Positions 12,929 to 27,453 of a stretch of 64,000 nt of DNA are shown here, in pieces. The first letter of the stretch is position 1, and every line of letters begins with the position of its first letter. The notes beneath the pieces were generated by a model. It made no database searches and was not told the DNA's origin. It worked only from the letters and a program-made list of their open reading frames with translations. The stretch comes from Eledone cirrhosa (taxonomy: Eukaryota). The stretch spans positions 203,174,001 through 203,238,000 of the forward strand of contig OZ024743.1 of assembly GCA_964016885.1 (NCBI GenBank), given 5' to 3'. The position numbers and the translations under genes were made by a program.

Positions 12929-13361
12929 AATAATAATGGTTTCTTATATAAGCACAAGGCCAGAAATGTTGGTGAAGATGGCATTCGATTAAAAAGACCC
13001 CAGTGCGTAACTGGTACTTTATTTTATCGACCCCGTAAGGATGAAAGGCAAAGTTAACCTCGGCAGGGTTTGAAATCAGACCGTAAAAGTCTGTAACTCA
13101 ATGCTGCAAAGCATGGCATCCGACCCTCTATCGATACCGCCAATCCACCGCCCTTAATAATAATTATAATAATAATTGTTTCTACTTTTGGACAAGGCGG
13201 CAATTACCCAGTGTATTACTGGTACTTTATTTTATCGACCCCATAAGGATGAAAGGCAAAGTTAACCTCGGCGGGATTTGAACTCAGAATGGCAAGGGCC
13301 GTAACTCTATACGTCAAAGCATGGCGTCCGACCCTCTACCGATACTGCCAATCCACTGCCC
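12929..13361 (-). mobile_element. Two tandem tRNA-derived SINEs
   Basis: Reverse complement shows A box TGGCAGTATCGG, B box GAGTTCAAATCC, core GCCTTTCATCCTTACGGGGTCGATAAAATAAAGTACCAG, and an (ATT)n tail. Confidence 0.85.
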
Positions 13362-13744
13362 TTACAATAATAATAATAATGTTAAAGCCATCAAATGGTA
13401 TTGTTCCCTTATGCCATAACTCACATAGCGCAATCATCATGTTTAAGGTAAAAAAAAAATGGACAGTCTTTATTCTAGTTGTTGCCATGTTGGCTGTGAA
13501 TTTGTTTTTGACAGCATTTCTAATATAGCTATTCTCTTTTCTTAATATATATTGCTTTCTTCGGCTATCTTTTCATATAGCTTGCGATACTATGCTACTT
13601 TTTTTAAGCCTAACTACAATTTCCTGTTTACTAAGGATAATAACAATCGTTTCATTTGTATGCCACAATGACAATACTAAAGTCAGTGGTGCTACAGATT
13701 TATAGAAAAATATCACATGATCCACATGACAGGTGAAATGTGTC

Positions 13745-13935
13745 CGAACACGGAAGAGCCGAACTCCCACTGTCATCGCCTCCATCTCTCTTACCATCCC
13801 AATCTCTCTGTATTGTGAGCAAATGGGGTCCCACGTACTGGCTGCCCGACAGCCCCTGTGCACAGAATGAAGAAGGCGTTTTCTGGAAGGATGGTAAGAG
13901 AGATGCGCTAGAAGAGCGATTCCATCTCGCAATAC
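13745..13935. repeat. Unclassified old dispersed repeat
   Basis: AACTCCCACTG.CATCGC...GAGCAAATGGGG.CCCAC is shared with 47835-48000. Confidence 0.6.
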
Positions 13936-14221
13936 TTATATATAGAATGCATAAAATATGATTATAAAAAAACTTATATTATGTTGCGAGTGGATCTGCC
14001 TGTACAACTCCAGCTTGTTTTGTATCTAGGCTTTCTGCTTTGTACTAACTGTCTCTTGGTTGCCCTCAGTTAACATAAGCTTTTCTACATCAAAACTTAT
14101 TACCTATTCGTATTATGCTACAGAGGTGACAGCGAGTATGAAAGTAATTAAAATTATCTTTTGCGTAACCCTCAAATTTTAAGAATGGTTATGATAGATT
14201 AAATAGCAATACTAATAACAA

Positions 14222-14516
14222 TAATTATAATTTCGAACATAAGCACAAGGTCAGAGATTTATGGGGATTGGAATAGTCGATTTTATTGACCCCCATACGT
14301 GTCTTGACCTTTATTTGATTGGCACTGGAATAATTATTTCTACTTTTGGCACAAGGCCAGCAAATATCCCATTGCATTACTGGTGCTTTATTTTATCGAC
14401 CCCTTAAGGATGAAAGGCAAAGTTAACCTCGGCAGGATTTGAACTACGGCCGTAAATGGCCGTAACTCTATGCTGCAAAGCATCGCGTCCAACCTTCTAT
14501 CGATACCACCAATCTG
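14222..14516 (-). mobile_element. SINE (diverged 3' fragment plus near-complete copy)
   Basis: Same SINE core and B box as 12929-13361. Confidence 0.8.
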
Positions 14517-16632
14517 CAATGAAAAGTAAGTTTGACTTCGGCTTGAGTTGAACATAGATCATAACGAGTCGGAATAGATAGTGGATGGTCTTTTTGCCAG
14601 ACTTGATAGACGCTAGGAAGCACCTACATTCTCGAACTTTCAACTATATAAGCACTAACTAGAATTGACGCAGCTATATTTTAGTAGTCGAACAAGAATC
14701 GTTGTTTTCAACGAGTAATAATAACAACAAATGTAATGGTTTCAAAGATAATCTCACTCACACAGGTTTCCACATTTTCATGGCAATGTTGTCTAAATAT
14801 TTAACGATGGATTCTCCCACCACCGATAACAACAAAAACAACGATAAAATAAAATAAACTACTGCGCCTACTTCTACTATGAACCCGTTATACTGATCTC
14901 GGCCCCATAGAATACCAATAGCTGTCCAACTACTTTTTTTATGTATTTATTTAATTATTTTGGTCGTATTGGAAGTGAAGGAATTGCACAAATTCTTATA
15001 CTATATTATGTTCCCATTTTGCTTTCATTCTCGTCTTCAACTTTTATTTCAATTTTTTTTTTCTTACATTTCTGATTCATTTTTGTGCCTTTATTTTTAT
15101 TTTCTATATTGCTTTCATTTATTTCTACATTTTATTCAGCTGTTTTCAGTTATTTACTTTTCTCTTTCATTACTTTCCCTCTCCAAAGTCTACAATTTGT
15201 TTCTCATGCTTTGTGAAAGCTCCTCCTATTTGCACTCTTTGTTCCTTCTCGCACATTCACTTTTTGTTTCTTAATATGTTTATGATGTATTTTTATTTAT
15301 TTTCATTGTATTTTTTTTTCATGTATTTTTCCCTTTTACCTTCATTACTTTCTCTCTTCAACATCAACAATTTGATTCTCATTCATTGTGAAAGCTACTC
15401 ATCCTTCCCCTCGACTTTTGCAAACACACACTACACAAAAATCCATCCCTTCCTTTAGTTTTCCTTTTTGTTCGTTAAATAAATATATACTTTGGATTTG
15501 CTTTTGGTTAAGGATACAGATAAGATGTTTGCTAATCAGAACTTACAGTTTAGGGAGCTTGCACTGATAGAAACCTAACTAATAAATGAGAAATGACTTT
15601 TGCGAATGGAAGCTTATCGAAGTTGTTTTGATATAACGCTGCTCCCAAAGATACATTTTTTACTTTTCATTTTCTTTTAAATCAGAAGAAATTTAAAGAA
15701 ATCCATACAATTGTGTATTTTCCTATACTTGGCATTCAGGTAACTATATTGTATATGTATATGATCCATAATACAAACACATATAATCACATACTCACAT
15801 GCGCATAACCATAGGAATGTAAATATATAACTTTATATATATATATATACTTGCGTGTGTGTATGTGTGTCAGTGTGGGTGTACTTGTGTGAGTGTGTGT
15901 CCTCGTGTGTGTACGTGAACATGAGGGGGATGTTTAATGTTCATAAGTATAAGCTTAAATAAATTATGATGAATCGGGTAGCAAGTGTGTTTTAGCATGT
16001 GATCTGCTAGAAAGACAGCACTCGTGTGAACTGCGTAGTTATGAGCTGTTTAGAAGGCCGTTGGCGAAGGGGACCGAAACTCCATAGCGCTAACATTGTT
16101 GCATGCTGTGCCGCCCGGATTATGTATGACGAGAATATTAAAGGAACATGTATATGTCGAGTATTCACTACCTTACACAAGGAGGATACGTTTCCATTGA
16201 TCGAGCAATAGAATATTATAATATATAATTTGAGAGAGAGATTTCGATATTCATATGAAAAACGAGAGAATCGTATGTAAATATACTTGATATATGCGTG
16301 TAAATATCCATGATCTTGGCTGGTCCCTCTTTGGAATCCAGCCAGATCAGGTATAGACGGTTGCTTCTGACAGAACCCGCAGGTAGGAGTGTTTGCGGAC
16401 TCTGTCTCCACGACCCTCGCAGGAATAAGCGGGCGAAGAAGATGTATATATATAATTGGATATATGAGAGGGATGAACACAGATATAACTAACTATACAT
16501 GTGTTCCAATTGCAAATGACCAAGTCAGCTACGTTGAAAAATACTAATTTAAAACAATATGGTTTGCCTGACTCGATTTAACATAATAAATCAATAAAAA
16601 TAGCAAACCTACAACGGGCAAATAGCCTATGG

Positions 16633-16707
16633 TACTCGGACAGACATGAATCTGTTTCGCTAGAATTATTAAGTGAAAGCTAGAATTCCTGTGCTCTTCT
16701 GCGGGTA
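16633..16707 (-). ncRNA. Hammerhead-like motif with U4A core variant
   Basis: Reverse complement: TACCCG-CAGAAGA-gc...gc-GAAA-caga.ttcatg.tctg-TC-CGAGTA. Confidence 0.55.
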
Positions 16708-16962
16708 TCCAGAAAAATTCGTACTTTTCACTTCAAAGGATCTAAGGAGACTGAATAATGCGCGAGTAAAAACGCACATGTTACAGAACCTAACGCATCC
16801 CATACTCATGCCGCTAAAAGTATCAGCTGGGTTTATGAGACTAAAGTTAGCTCTACATACAAACGGAGCCGAAAATATCATAGATTGAGTTAAAAACTCA
16901 AAATAGAAGACTATTTTGAGTTTTTAACTCAATCTATGATATATGTATATATATATATATGG

Positions 16963-17010
<48 letters not shown>

Positions 17011-17132
17011 GTGTGTGTGTGTATATATATATATACGCATATATATGTACACATATATATATACACATATATATATATATACGCATGCACATAGTTATTC
17101 ACTTCAATACAACACAGGTAAACGGTACCTTC

Positions 17133-17166
<34 letters not shown>

Positions 17167-17244
17167 CTTAAGATTTGTTGAAATGATCATAGTATGATAA
17201 ACCTTTCAAGGATTTACACCTGTCCAGCCTACTTTTATTTAATT

Positions 17245-17275
<31 letters not shown>

Positions 17276-17399
17276 ATGAAGGTACCCGTTTAGTGAATAA
17301 CTATGTGTATACTCTGGGAGTTTGTTTAAGGTTACCTATTGACGACGCTGAGATGCAACCGGTCCTAACAGAGATACATATGCTAGTTCCATCAACTTG

Positions 17400-17507
<108 letters not shown>

Positions 17508-17842
17508 AGAGAGAGAGGGAGAGAGAGAGAAGGAGAGAGAGAGAGGTAGAGAGATAGATGGATAGATGTATAGATATATAGATAGATAGATAGATAGATT
17601 TCTTTATTTACCATAAAGGCATAAAAAGAAGGGACAAATACAAAAGGAGAGTTTACATAAAACCGAGTAAAAAGGGTATAAAATGAAAATAATCAAAAAC
17701 AACCTCAAAATGGAGGGGACGTGATGGGGGTTGCACACACCCCCGAAAAAAAGTGCAATCCTTTGTCCGAGGAGCACATGGAGAAGGTGCTCCACTCTCC
17801 TTCACTTCTTTACCTACAGGATGGTATACAGAGAAGGCCCAT

Positions 17843-20800
17843 TTACACGGCCATTCTCGACACTATCACCCACCTTTCATAAAACTGCCTGTGGCCAAGC
17901 ACCTCTCTCTCCATTCTTATCCTTCTTCCGAAGTGATATCGGAAGAAGTAGACCAGACTATGGCCAGAGAGGAAGTTGCCTGACCTCAGACCTTTCAATC
18001 GTGTCCACCAAACAACCTCTTTCAACATGGCTATTACGCACAGAAAAACCGCCTTTGCTTCCTTTGTGAAGAGGGGAGGCGGCTTGATTGTTATCACGGA
18101 CTCGGCGGTCAATCGAATCGGCGCCACCCGCGACAGCAGTCGTTCGGCGTAGCCCCACCGGACAGTGCACCAATGCGTACGCAACGGTTTCTTCGTGACG
18201 CACGCATCTAGGGCAAATCTTTTTCGAGGGATCCCTGCCCGGGCGCCCGTGTCTGTAGAGCCTTTCTCGAACGGGTAGAGCCCCCCGGTAGCACTGCCAG
18301 GCCAGTAACTTTTGGAAGTTGTCCATTGGTCCCGGGCCGAAAATCCTACCGAACAGGCTGGCCAGTTCGTCCTCTTCCATGTCCAGCGACTCTCCAAGGG
18401 CGTCATCGCCCCTGCTAGCCACCAGCCCTCTATAGAATGACGAGGTGGATTCTCCATCAATGGCCGGGTCCGCTTGCCAGAGAGCCCTGAGCGCCTGGGC
18501 ATACTCAGTGTGCCAGTCGCCCCGTTTTCCGGATCTTTGCTTGACCCAGGACTGCAGCTCGGTGAGCGAGACGAGTCTCGGAAAGGCTCGTCTCACGAAC
18601 GGAACCCACACCGGTTGACCAGTGAGGAATACTTGTAGGTGCCGTAGCCTTAATGCGTAGCCTTAATACGGCATCCCCAGCCCTCCTTTCGTAGGTTGTT
18701 GGCAGCAGATGGATCTTCTCACCATAGGAGGGCGCTTCTTCCAAAGAAATTGAAAGAGCATGCGTTCCATGGTGGTGAGTGTTTCCTTAGGGCAAGGCAC
18801 GACAGTCAGGCGGTAGTAGGTGACGGACGCTATGTAAATGTTCGCCACCTCCGCCCGGCCTTTCAGGGACAGCTTACACTTGGCCCATTTCTGGGTCAGT
18901 GCAAACACCATGCTCGTAACCTCGCCCCAGTTCTTTTCCACTTGGAGGTCCGGTCCAAACCAGACCCCAAGCAACTTCACCGGGCCCTCCGTCCAGTGTC
19001 CGACGACACCGTCGGGAGGCATCGGTCTGCCTCTCCACGTTTCGAGTTGCAGCCCGATAGATTTTTCCCGGTTCAGTTTCCCTCCTGACAACCTTTCGTA
19101 CTCCTCCAGTAAGGTACCGATCGCCTCGATCTCCGAGTCAGTCGATATCATTACTGTTACGTCATCGGCGCAGGCCGACACCGCTTTGCTCAATCCTGGT
19201 TCCAGGGGGATACCCTGCAACAACTCCAACTTCCTCAGTAAAGGCTCGAGAGTCAATATGTACAGAAGGGAGGAGAGAGGGCATCCCTGTCGAATGGATC
19301 GTGTGATTTCGAACGGCTTCGAAAGTTATCCGTTCACCTTGATCCTAGAACAGATGTGGTTGCTATGTAAGGCAGTGATCCAGCCTCTGAAAACAGGACC
19401 AAACCCAGCCGCCGCTAGCACCGCATCCAGGTAACCATGGTCGACCCTATCGAACGCCTTAGACTGATCCCAGTTGATCTGGGCCCCACCGAAGCCGGGT
19501 TTGTTGCCAACCCTCTCTATGATGTATCGCATGAGGTGGAAGTTGTCGTGAATGGACCTGGATGGGATAGCACATGTCTGCGCATCTCCCACCAGGCTAT
19601 CCACGACAAGCGCCAACCTCTTTGCTAACACATTGGCCAAAATCTTTAACTCTGTGTTTAGCAGGGTTATGGGCCGAAAATTATTAATACTATCCCCCTT
19701 GTTCTCGTCCTTCCTCACCAGCGAGACTACGCCCTTGGCTACAGAACAAGGAATACTCCCGTTCTCCTGCCAATTGCAGTAGACTGCTTCGAAAAGTACA
19801 GAGAAGAAGACCGGCATTGCTAAATAAAGTTCGTAAGGTATACCATCGAGACCTGGAGATTTGCGTCTGCTGCATTGGCTCAGCGCATCCCCGATCTCAT
19901 CAGCCGAGATTGGTCCCTCGCAGGACTCTGCCTCTTCGCTCGAGAGACGCGGCAGGCCGTCGAGGTATGGACCGAAATCCACGTCCCCGCCCGGACCCTC
20001 GCCTCCCCCGAACAATCGGCAAAGTGCCTTTGAAAGGCCTCGCACATCTGCTTAGGCTCCCGAATCACTCGTCCATCCTCGTCTTGCAAAGAACGGATGG
20101 TGGATCGATTTCCACTCTTAGCTTCTGTCACGCGGGCCCAGCCAACGGATTTGGCCCCCTCATTACCTAGAGCACGTATTTTACTTCGAATGACGCATCC
20201 TTCGTGCTTTGCATCGAAAAACAGGCTCAAGGCCGTCCTCGATGCCAGCACTCTGGCCACATCTTCGCTCTTGATTGCCTCTTCTAATTTACCTGTTAAT
20301 TCTTTCTCGTTCCTATTTCTATCGGCAGCTAACATCTTGCTATAACTTATTGATTTGTTCTAATCTCTCTTTTGAGAGATGCCCACCATCGGTTGTTGAC
20401 GATTGCACCCGTCAACCTCTCCTTAACTAATCTGCTAATCCGGTCTCTGTAAGCCTCTTTTGCCGGTAAAGACAAATTAAGTTTCCAGTAACCGGGACCC
20501 TGTCTATGTGTTCTCTCGAGGTTGACTACGCAGGTCACTAATTTGTGATCTGTATAGCCAACCGTGAGCATTTCTAGACAGCTTAACATGTCCCTATCCT
20601 TACTTCTAACTAAGAATCTATCTAAGTACGATCTAGATTGACCACTGTGGTTCGTCCGAGTCCAGGTTGGCACAGTTGGAAAATCTAGTCGATATCTATC
20701 GACCAAGTTAAAACGGTCGAGTAACCCATTGAGGCTGTTACACCCCCCTCTATTAGGACATGCTCCTGCATAGTCCCAACGTGCATCTAAGATGTCATTC

Positions 20801-21225
20801 CAGTCCCCCGCTAGAAGCAGGGAACGCGACGTTCCCAGAAAAGTCTCCAGACGCTGGAAGAAGTCGGGTCGTTCAGCTCCGAAAGGGGAGTAGACGGCGA
20901 CCAGTCTCAAGGCCGCACCTCCACTACTGCCAACGTCTAGCACCAACAAAGGACCTTCCGGGTCCGAGTGAACAACCTGTACGGAGAGACCCAGCTGTTT
21001 TTCCAGCAGTACGACAACCCCACCCCCACCTCCAGGTTGACAGAGAGATACGTGCACCTCAAAGTCATCGAAGGTAGGGGCCAGCTGCCGCACGACGCTG
21101 ATCCGAGTCGCACAGATAACCATTACATTTATACCACGTGACCTGAAGTCATTTAGAAGCTTTGCTTGCTTCGAAGTTGATCCCAGGCCATGTGCATTCA
21201 AACATCCTACTCTTAACACATCCAT
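17843..21225 (-). pseudogene. ORF2 (APE + RT) of Tx1-like LINE, disrupted
   Basis: LNAHGL, AGDWN, SYLDR, YTDH, NFRPITLLN, KAFDRV and CADD (from YADD). Homologous to 6409-9827. Confidence 0.9.
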
Positions 21226-21258
21226 GTGGGCGGCAAAGCCAAAGGAGAGTGCAGAGAC

Positions 21259-23145
21259 CTACCTTTCTGCTTCCCGGGGTTCGGGTCGCACGACTTCCAT
21301 GGGGTCGGGGGTGTTGGGTGAAGGGGTGTCTTGTGGTGGTGTGGGGTCGTCAGTGTGTGGTGGGGTTGAGGTGTTTGGAGTTGTGTTGGGGAGGGGAAGG
21401 GGATGAGGAAAGCTTTTTAGGAGGACGCGGTTTATGGGTTTGACAGAGGGTGGTCCTACGTCCTCCTTAAAATCCTTTTTTAGTTTGTGGTAGAGGTCCA
21501 TTGGGACCTTTATTAATTTTAATTGTGCGTTGTTTTCTGAAAAAACAAAGTTTACCCCTTCGGTTTGTGAGTTCATTTAATTTATTATTGTTTCTGTTGA
21601 TGTAAATATAGTGTAATGTCTTTTTTTCGGATGGTGTGAGTGTTTCGAAGAGGGGAGGGGCAGGTTTGGTTTTGTTTGTTGCTGGAGGGGTGTTTTGTGT
21701 TTTGTTGGATTGTGTTGACATTTGGGTAGGGGCTGTTTGGCCTTGTGTGTTTTGCACATGTTTCTTTTTTTCCTTTTAATCTGTCTGAAGGACTCCGTTT
21801 CTTCCTCCGAATTCGTTGGGTTATCTTCAGTGTTGGAGGGAAGAGGTATGTTTGCTGGTAGTGTTTCCGTGTTAGTTTTCTTTGTGGGGGAGATGGATGT
21901 CACTATGTTAGACTGTGTTGTGTGTTGTCGCTGCGGTGGTTGTGTTGTCTTATTGAGTGAGGGGTTTGGTGGGACTGTGTTTTGTTTTGGGGTAATGTGT
22001 TGTGTCTGTTTGTGCTGTGGTGGTGGTCTGGTTTTACTGAGGGACGGGTTGGGTGGGACTGAGTTTTGTTGTTTGTTTATCTGTTGTGGTGGGGGTGGAG
22101 CTGGTGTTGGTAGCAGGGTTTTCTTCTTGTTGAGTTGGGGACAAGCTGCCTTCAGGTGCCCTCTGCCTGCACAGATATGACAGGACGGCCTTCTCCCCTC
22201 CACGCTAATGTTTATATACCCGTGGCCCTCTAATAGGATTCTGTCGGGTATTTAGGCAATGCGTTCAGGCTTCATTTGCACTACAAGTTCTATACCTGTT
22301 CCACTGAACGCATTGCCTGTGGTTTTCCCAATGGAAATCACGTTGTCATTCGCTGGATCGATGAAGCCAGCTATGAGCCAGTAGTAGTCCATATCTGGCA
22401 TCATCGCATGCAGCCATATGCGCTGAGTTCTTTTACCCATATAAGATGGATAAAAAGTAAAATTTGTCGAACGAATCGGCGACAAAGCATATTTTTTCGC
22501 CGCCGATTCGTTCTTCATAATAATGGCCAGGCTTCCATACAGCCTGTCTCTTCTTATGAAAGTGGCTTCATTAAATACTTCTCTAAGTACCGCTTTAATT
22601 TCTACTTGTGTTGGTTGTTGTGGCTTTGTTGAGATGTTGTTGATGGTGCGGAAAACGACCGTCCGACTTTCAATATCTTTGGTGAGTTCTTGGGGCATTT
22701 TTACCGACAAGGCTCCATTTTTCCCCTTGAGTTATGAATTGTTTGGCGTTTTTTATTCTTTGTGCCACATCTGAAATATTTTCAGGTATGTACGTTAAAG
22801 ATATTTTTGTTGTTTGTGCAAATGAGATGTTATTGGTGTTGACTTTGTCGTCTGTTTTGCTTTCTGTTATGATGTTGTTGTTTTCAAATGTTATTTTTGT
22901 GTTTGTTGTTTCTTTGTTTGTGGTATTAATATTGTCATGCAATTCTTTCAAATTTTTGTTGTTGTTGGAATCATCTCCAGATTTGTGTTTTCGTCGACAT
23001 TTTTCTCCGCACATTCGTCTGTTTTTCTTTTATTTTTTCTTTCCTTCTCTATGACGTTAGTTGGGAAGGAAGGGGGGGGGGGACTAAAGCGTGCGAGCTT
23101 ACAACTCCTACCGCTGTCCCCCACCACTATTTTCGTTAGCTTCAT
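21259..23145 (-). pseudogene. ORF1 (gag-like, CCHC knuckle) of Tx1-like LINE
   Basis: CHICAGRGHLKAAC zinc knuckle, an upstream globular region (22252-22710) and a Pro/Thr/Gln-rich tail. Confidence 0.75.
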
Positions 23146-23957
23146 TTAATATTTCTCCCAGACGATTGAAATTTTATGCAACAACATTTTTAAAAAACAG
23201 GTTTTTCACTCCTGGGAGGGGCGAAAATGAGCTGACCCACCGCCTGACAGTTCAGACGGAGGCTCAAGCTACACAATAGTATCAAAATTAAAATTAAACT
23301 TACAAAATCTCCGCAATAAATTGGAAGAAAACTTCTGCGCGAACATCCACGACCATTTATGTCAAGGTTGTTTTGAGTCTGTCTTGTTTTACTTGTCTGT
23401 ATTTTCACACGCAGTGTTTCTTTCATTTACTCAAAGGAAATCTTTATATGAAAATAAAGCAAGTAGGAAAAATCACAAAAATAATATATTCAGTATTTTC
23501 ACCTTTGTCAACTCTGAATAAAAATTATAAATTTTGAAGAAATATAATGAATATGTTTCCATTTTCAATAAAGCGAAATATGTGATTCTAATGTGTAAAT
23601 GTATCTGAAAACAGAGGTGTGAGATTTGTGAGTATTGTGTCAAAAATTTAGTGTTGCTGTTTTAGAAAATAATATGTGTTGTGATGTGTGGAGACATTCA
23701 ATCTTGATATAAATACATAAAGGTGTGATCTCCAAAGAAATATCAACTATCACGTTTTTCAGATTTCGTCACATCCCATGCTACAGACATAGAAATACAA
23801 GTTAACATTCGAGTATGTAATCCTTGACGTAAAATAAGGAGGGTGTTCAAGGCTTAAAATAATTTCATAGTAAGTGTTCCCGATTAGAGAGTATTCTGGG
23901 ACAAAAGAACAAAAACATCCAGAACATGAATAGGGAAACAACAGAAATGAATCTCCA

Positions 23958-24033
<76 letters not shown>

Positions 24034-24045
24034 TTTATTAAAATA

Positions 24046-24121
24046 ATAGATTAAAGTTTAAGCAAAGAATCGCTGCTTTCACCCTTAACGGGATCTTCTA
24101 AAACTAGACAAATCAATCTGT
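24046..24121 (-). ncRNA. Family A PLE hammerhead variant (core TAGAAGA in this copy)
   Basis: Homologous to 47402-47477. Confidence 0.5.
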
Positions 24122-24362
24122 GTACGCAGAAGTAAATATTTCGAAAAACGTTGCAACCGAAGCAAAGCAGGAAGACGATACTTTGGTTCGTGAACACGTT
24201 ACCTGGCAATGAACGGAAAAAAGCGAAGATAATACGTCGTTATGTGGAGCGGTGAGAACAATTACACGCAAAGACAAAAACACGTTAATGGTATAAATGG
24301 TGTCGTAGACTAATATTCTATTTAGGAAACCGAATGATTCTCGGCTTCAGAGTTAAGAATAA

Positions 24363-24745
24363 TTATTTCTACTTTTGGCACAAGGCCAGCAATTATTCCA
24401 GTGTATTACTGGCACTTTATTTTATCGACCCCGTAAAGATGAAAGACAAAGTTAACTTTGGCGGGATTTGAACACAGATCATAAAGGGCCGTAACTCTTT
24501 TCTGCAAAGCATGGCGTCTGACCTACTACCGATACTGCCAATCCACTGAAAAATAATTGTTTCTACTTTTGGCACAAGGCCAGCAATTATTCAGTATATT
24601 ACTGGTACTTTATTTTATCGACCCCGTAAGGATGAAAGGCAAAGTTAACTTCGGCTGGATTTGAACTCAGACTATAAAGGGCCGTAACTCTTTGCTGCAA
24701 AGCATGCCGTCCGACCCTCTACCGATACTGCCAATCCACCGCCCC
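24363..24745 (-). mobile_element. SINE dimer inserted in the PLE 3' region
   Basis: Two SINE copies with TSD AAGAATAA at 24355-24362 and 24753-24760. The empty site is seen in the copy at ~36300-36340. Confidence 0.85.
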
Positions 24746-25385
24746 TTTGCCGAAGAATAATGTAAATAAATTAGTAGAACGAAAATGACAGAGGGTATTA
24801 AAATCATAAAAGTAATAATAATTAAATATATACATACACGCATCTACATACGTAAATACACGTGCATACGCGAAAACATACACCATTCATGCATGTACAT
24901 GCACGTACACATAAACACGCGCACACATACGAACGTATACACCAAATACACATAAAAAATATATAAATGTGTGTGTTTGTATACATATAATTTTATAAAC
25001 GTATATAAATATACACACATAAATACGTATATAACGCACGCACACACATACCTACATGTAAATACACATATGTTCACTAAACGTACATCAACCAATACAC
25101 AAATTACACATAGTACACACCTTACATACGTGCAAACATGCATACACACACAAACACAAAATACACTTATACACATAACCATATACACATGTACCAGTAT
25201 ATATAATATAATTTATACACCTATAACAAATACAAGCATATATACGTACGAGAAAGTATACGTACTTTCACAAAACATATGTTTAAGGTATACTTACCTA
25301 TACAAATAAGTAATGGTATAAACATAAAATATACTTATCAACCACATCAAGACGTAAATTAACCGTGTATTGTTCGTACTATCCG

Positions 25386-27453
25386 TTAGGGTATAATGTG
25401 GGGCTGTAATACAGGAAACCTTTACGCAATTTGTGTTTACAAGCCGAAAGTGCCTAAGATTTTTTTGTTTAAGGTCTTTTATTTCCATTATACAATCTAG
25501 CTTTTAGCTAGGATCTCCCAGTGTAACTTATATCGGGTGTGGTTGTCTTTTATACTCAGATATAAGCTGAAAGTAACGTCATATTCCTTATTAAAGGGTT
25601 AAGAAAAGAATGGGTGTGCATGTAGAGACGCTGCTTCAATCTATTGGCGGGTAATCCTATGTAGGTGCTACTATACGTGGGTGTTTCGACCTTACATTTG
25701 TAGGCAATGTTACTGGAGAGGCATTTCCCGGATAGAGGGCAGTCAACCCGATTCCTACAATTACAGTTAGTACTAGCTACAGGGCTGCACGTGTTCTTAC
25801 AGCTAGGTAATTTAGCTAAATTTGAAGCAGTGGTATTCTGAGCAAAGTTAGGAGTCGTAGAGTAAGATATTTTAATGGTATTTCTATTAAAAAATGTATT
25901 ATGTTTATGTGCTGAGGGGAAATGCTTCTTAATAAGGGAGAGAAAGATCTTAGCTAATGGTGTGGCCACCTCCATTTTTATATGGTGGGTTATACCATAT
26001 AATGCATCGGGATCTATTTTTCCTTGGTTTATGCTCATACTTAGTATATGCTACCTTATCGACAAATCCACTCCGAGCAAGAGCTTCATTGTAATTTGTG
26101 GAATGGTCAGTGAAAATATGCTGGCTTATAGATAGACGGGAAAGCCTCAAAGAAACGTTTCTTACCAGGTTCTTGGTTATGCTGGCAGGATGGTTAGAAT
26201 GCTTACTTATGTAATTAAGCGTATCATTCGGCTTTCTTTTCGGGTAGTGCAAGCCATTCGACAAATTGAGGCTAACGTCTAGGTAGTTAACGACCGAGAG
26301 GTTGGCCCTAACCATGTATGGAGAGGTTGAAGCCTTTAAAGAAAGCTGTGAATTCTTTTCTACAACTGTCGCAAACGCGTGGACCGCACTTTGTCATGGT
26401 CAAAGGGCCGCCATCGTGGTACAAACTACCGCCCACATTGGGGAATTCTTCCTTGATAGAGAAAAGAAGGAAAAGGCCGATAAGATCTGTAACCTCAGCC
26501 GAATGACTGGCGCCCATACTCACGTCGAATGGGGTAGTATCATATTTTTCTTATCCAAATAGAGTCGTTGAAATTAATCACCGACTTACGGGCATTGAGG
26601 ATGACATCAACTTCGAAATCCTTAACCACCTCCGCGTTTTAGAGAAATTGATAGCTCTAAGAAGAAGTGGTAAAGTGATGAAGGAGTAGTAGTTATTGAT
26701 GTCGAATTGGATAAAACGTCAATTTCCTTGTTGCATATGCCATTCAACCAATCAATCACCGCGAAAGAATTATTCCACAGTGCAAGAAGAGCCAAGCTTC
26801 TAATTTCAGGTATCATTCTATCTAAAATCCTTTTACTAAGTATACCTAAATCAGACTTCGTAGGGTTAATTAGCCGAATAGCGCGGTTGTTGGCGAAATT
26901 GGGTTTGTGATCATTCAGGGTAAACTGGGGAGAAATAGGATCCAGAGATTCAGTCCGGTCCTGGATGTTGAGTTCAGAAGTGATTTTAAACCCAGCATCG
27001 TTGATGTCATTAATGACACTCCGATTGGTTTTCCGTAATCCTTAGTTACAGCATTATGTAGCAGTTGATGGTAAGAACTGCGCTCCACTTGATTTAGATT
27101 ACCAGTTTTGTCGGAGTGGACGTACACGGCATTACAATCCTTAATAGAACGAATTCTATTCTTCAGGTCCTGCTGGAAGAAATTGCCCCTATTCCAGAAT
27201 GCGATACTGTGTATGAGTTCCAAGATATCGTTTTCGAAGGGTAGCAATGCTGGGTTACTCGGAGGGTTATTATAAGCTTGAAATCCAAATTTATCCTGTT
27301 TATTGTTCGCTTTTTCCTGGTATCGAAATAAAAGGCACGCCAACGCAACCTTTTAAGGAACGAATCTGTCTTTTGTATCTAAAGTTTAAGATATGTCTTC
27401 CTGCTAGGTACGGGTATGTTCTTTGTAGAAATATTCAGGTGTTGTTTCTGCAT
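25386..27453 (-). pseudogene. PLE RT + C-terminal GIY-YIG endonuclease ORF, frameshifted
   Basis: ISTKNIPVPS, MRWRAFYF, DKTGN, MGASHSAEVTDLIGL, LYHDG (from YRDD), VNYLDV, IIWYNPPY, CNCRNRVDCPLSGKC, IAY..YIG and KQRLYMH. Confidence 0.88.

Larger units (their letters stand above)
17600..23360 (-). mobile_element. L1/Tx1-clade LINE, copy 2, near full length and decayed (5' end approximate)
   Basis: ORF1 pieces at 23145-21259 and ORF2 at 21225-17843. The 3' end TAAATAAAGAA runs into an (ATCT)n tail. Confidence 0.88.

Noticed and set aside
17335-17372. Degenerate hammerheads here and at 11522-11580 and 53598-53645
   Set aside because: Each has core mismatches and poor stem I or stem II pairing.
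25386-27453. Selenocysteine-recoded (Naiad-type) PLE
   Set aside because: The conserved Cys positions I could read are TGT/TGC, and the stops appear to come from frameshifts.
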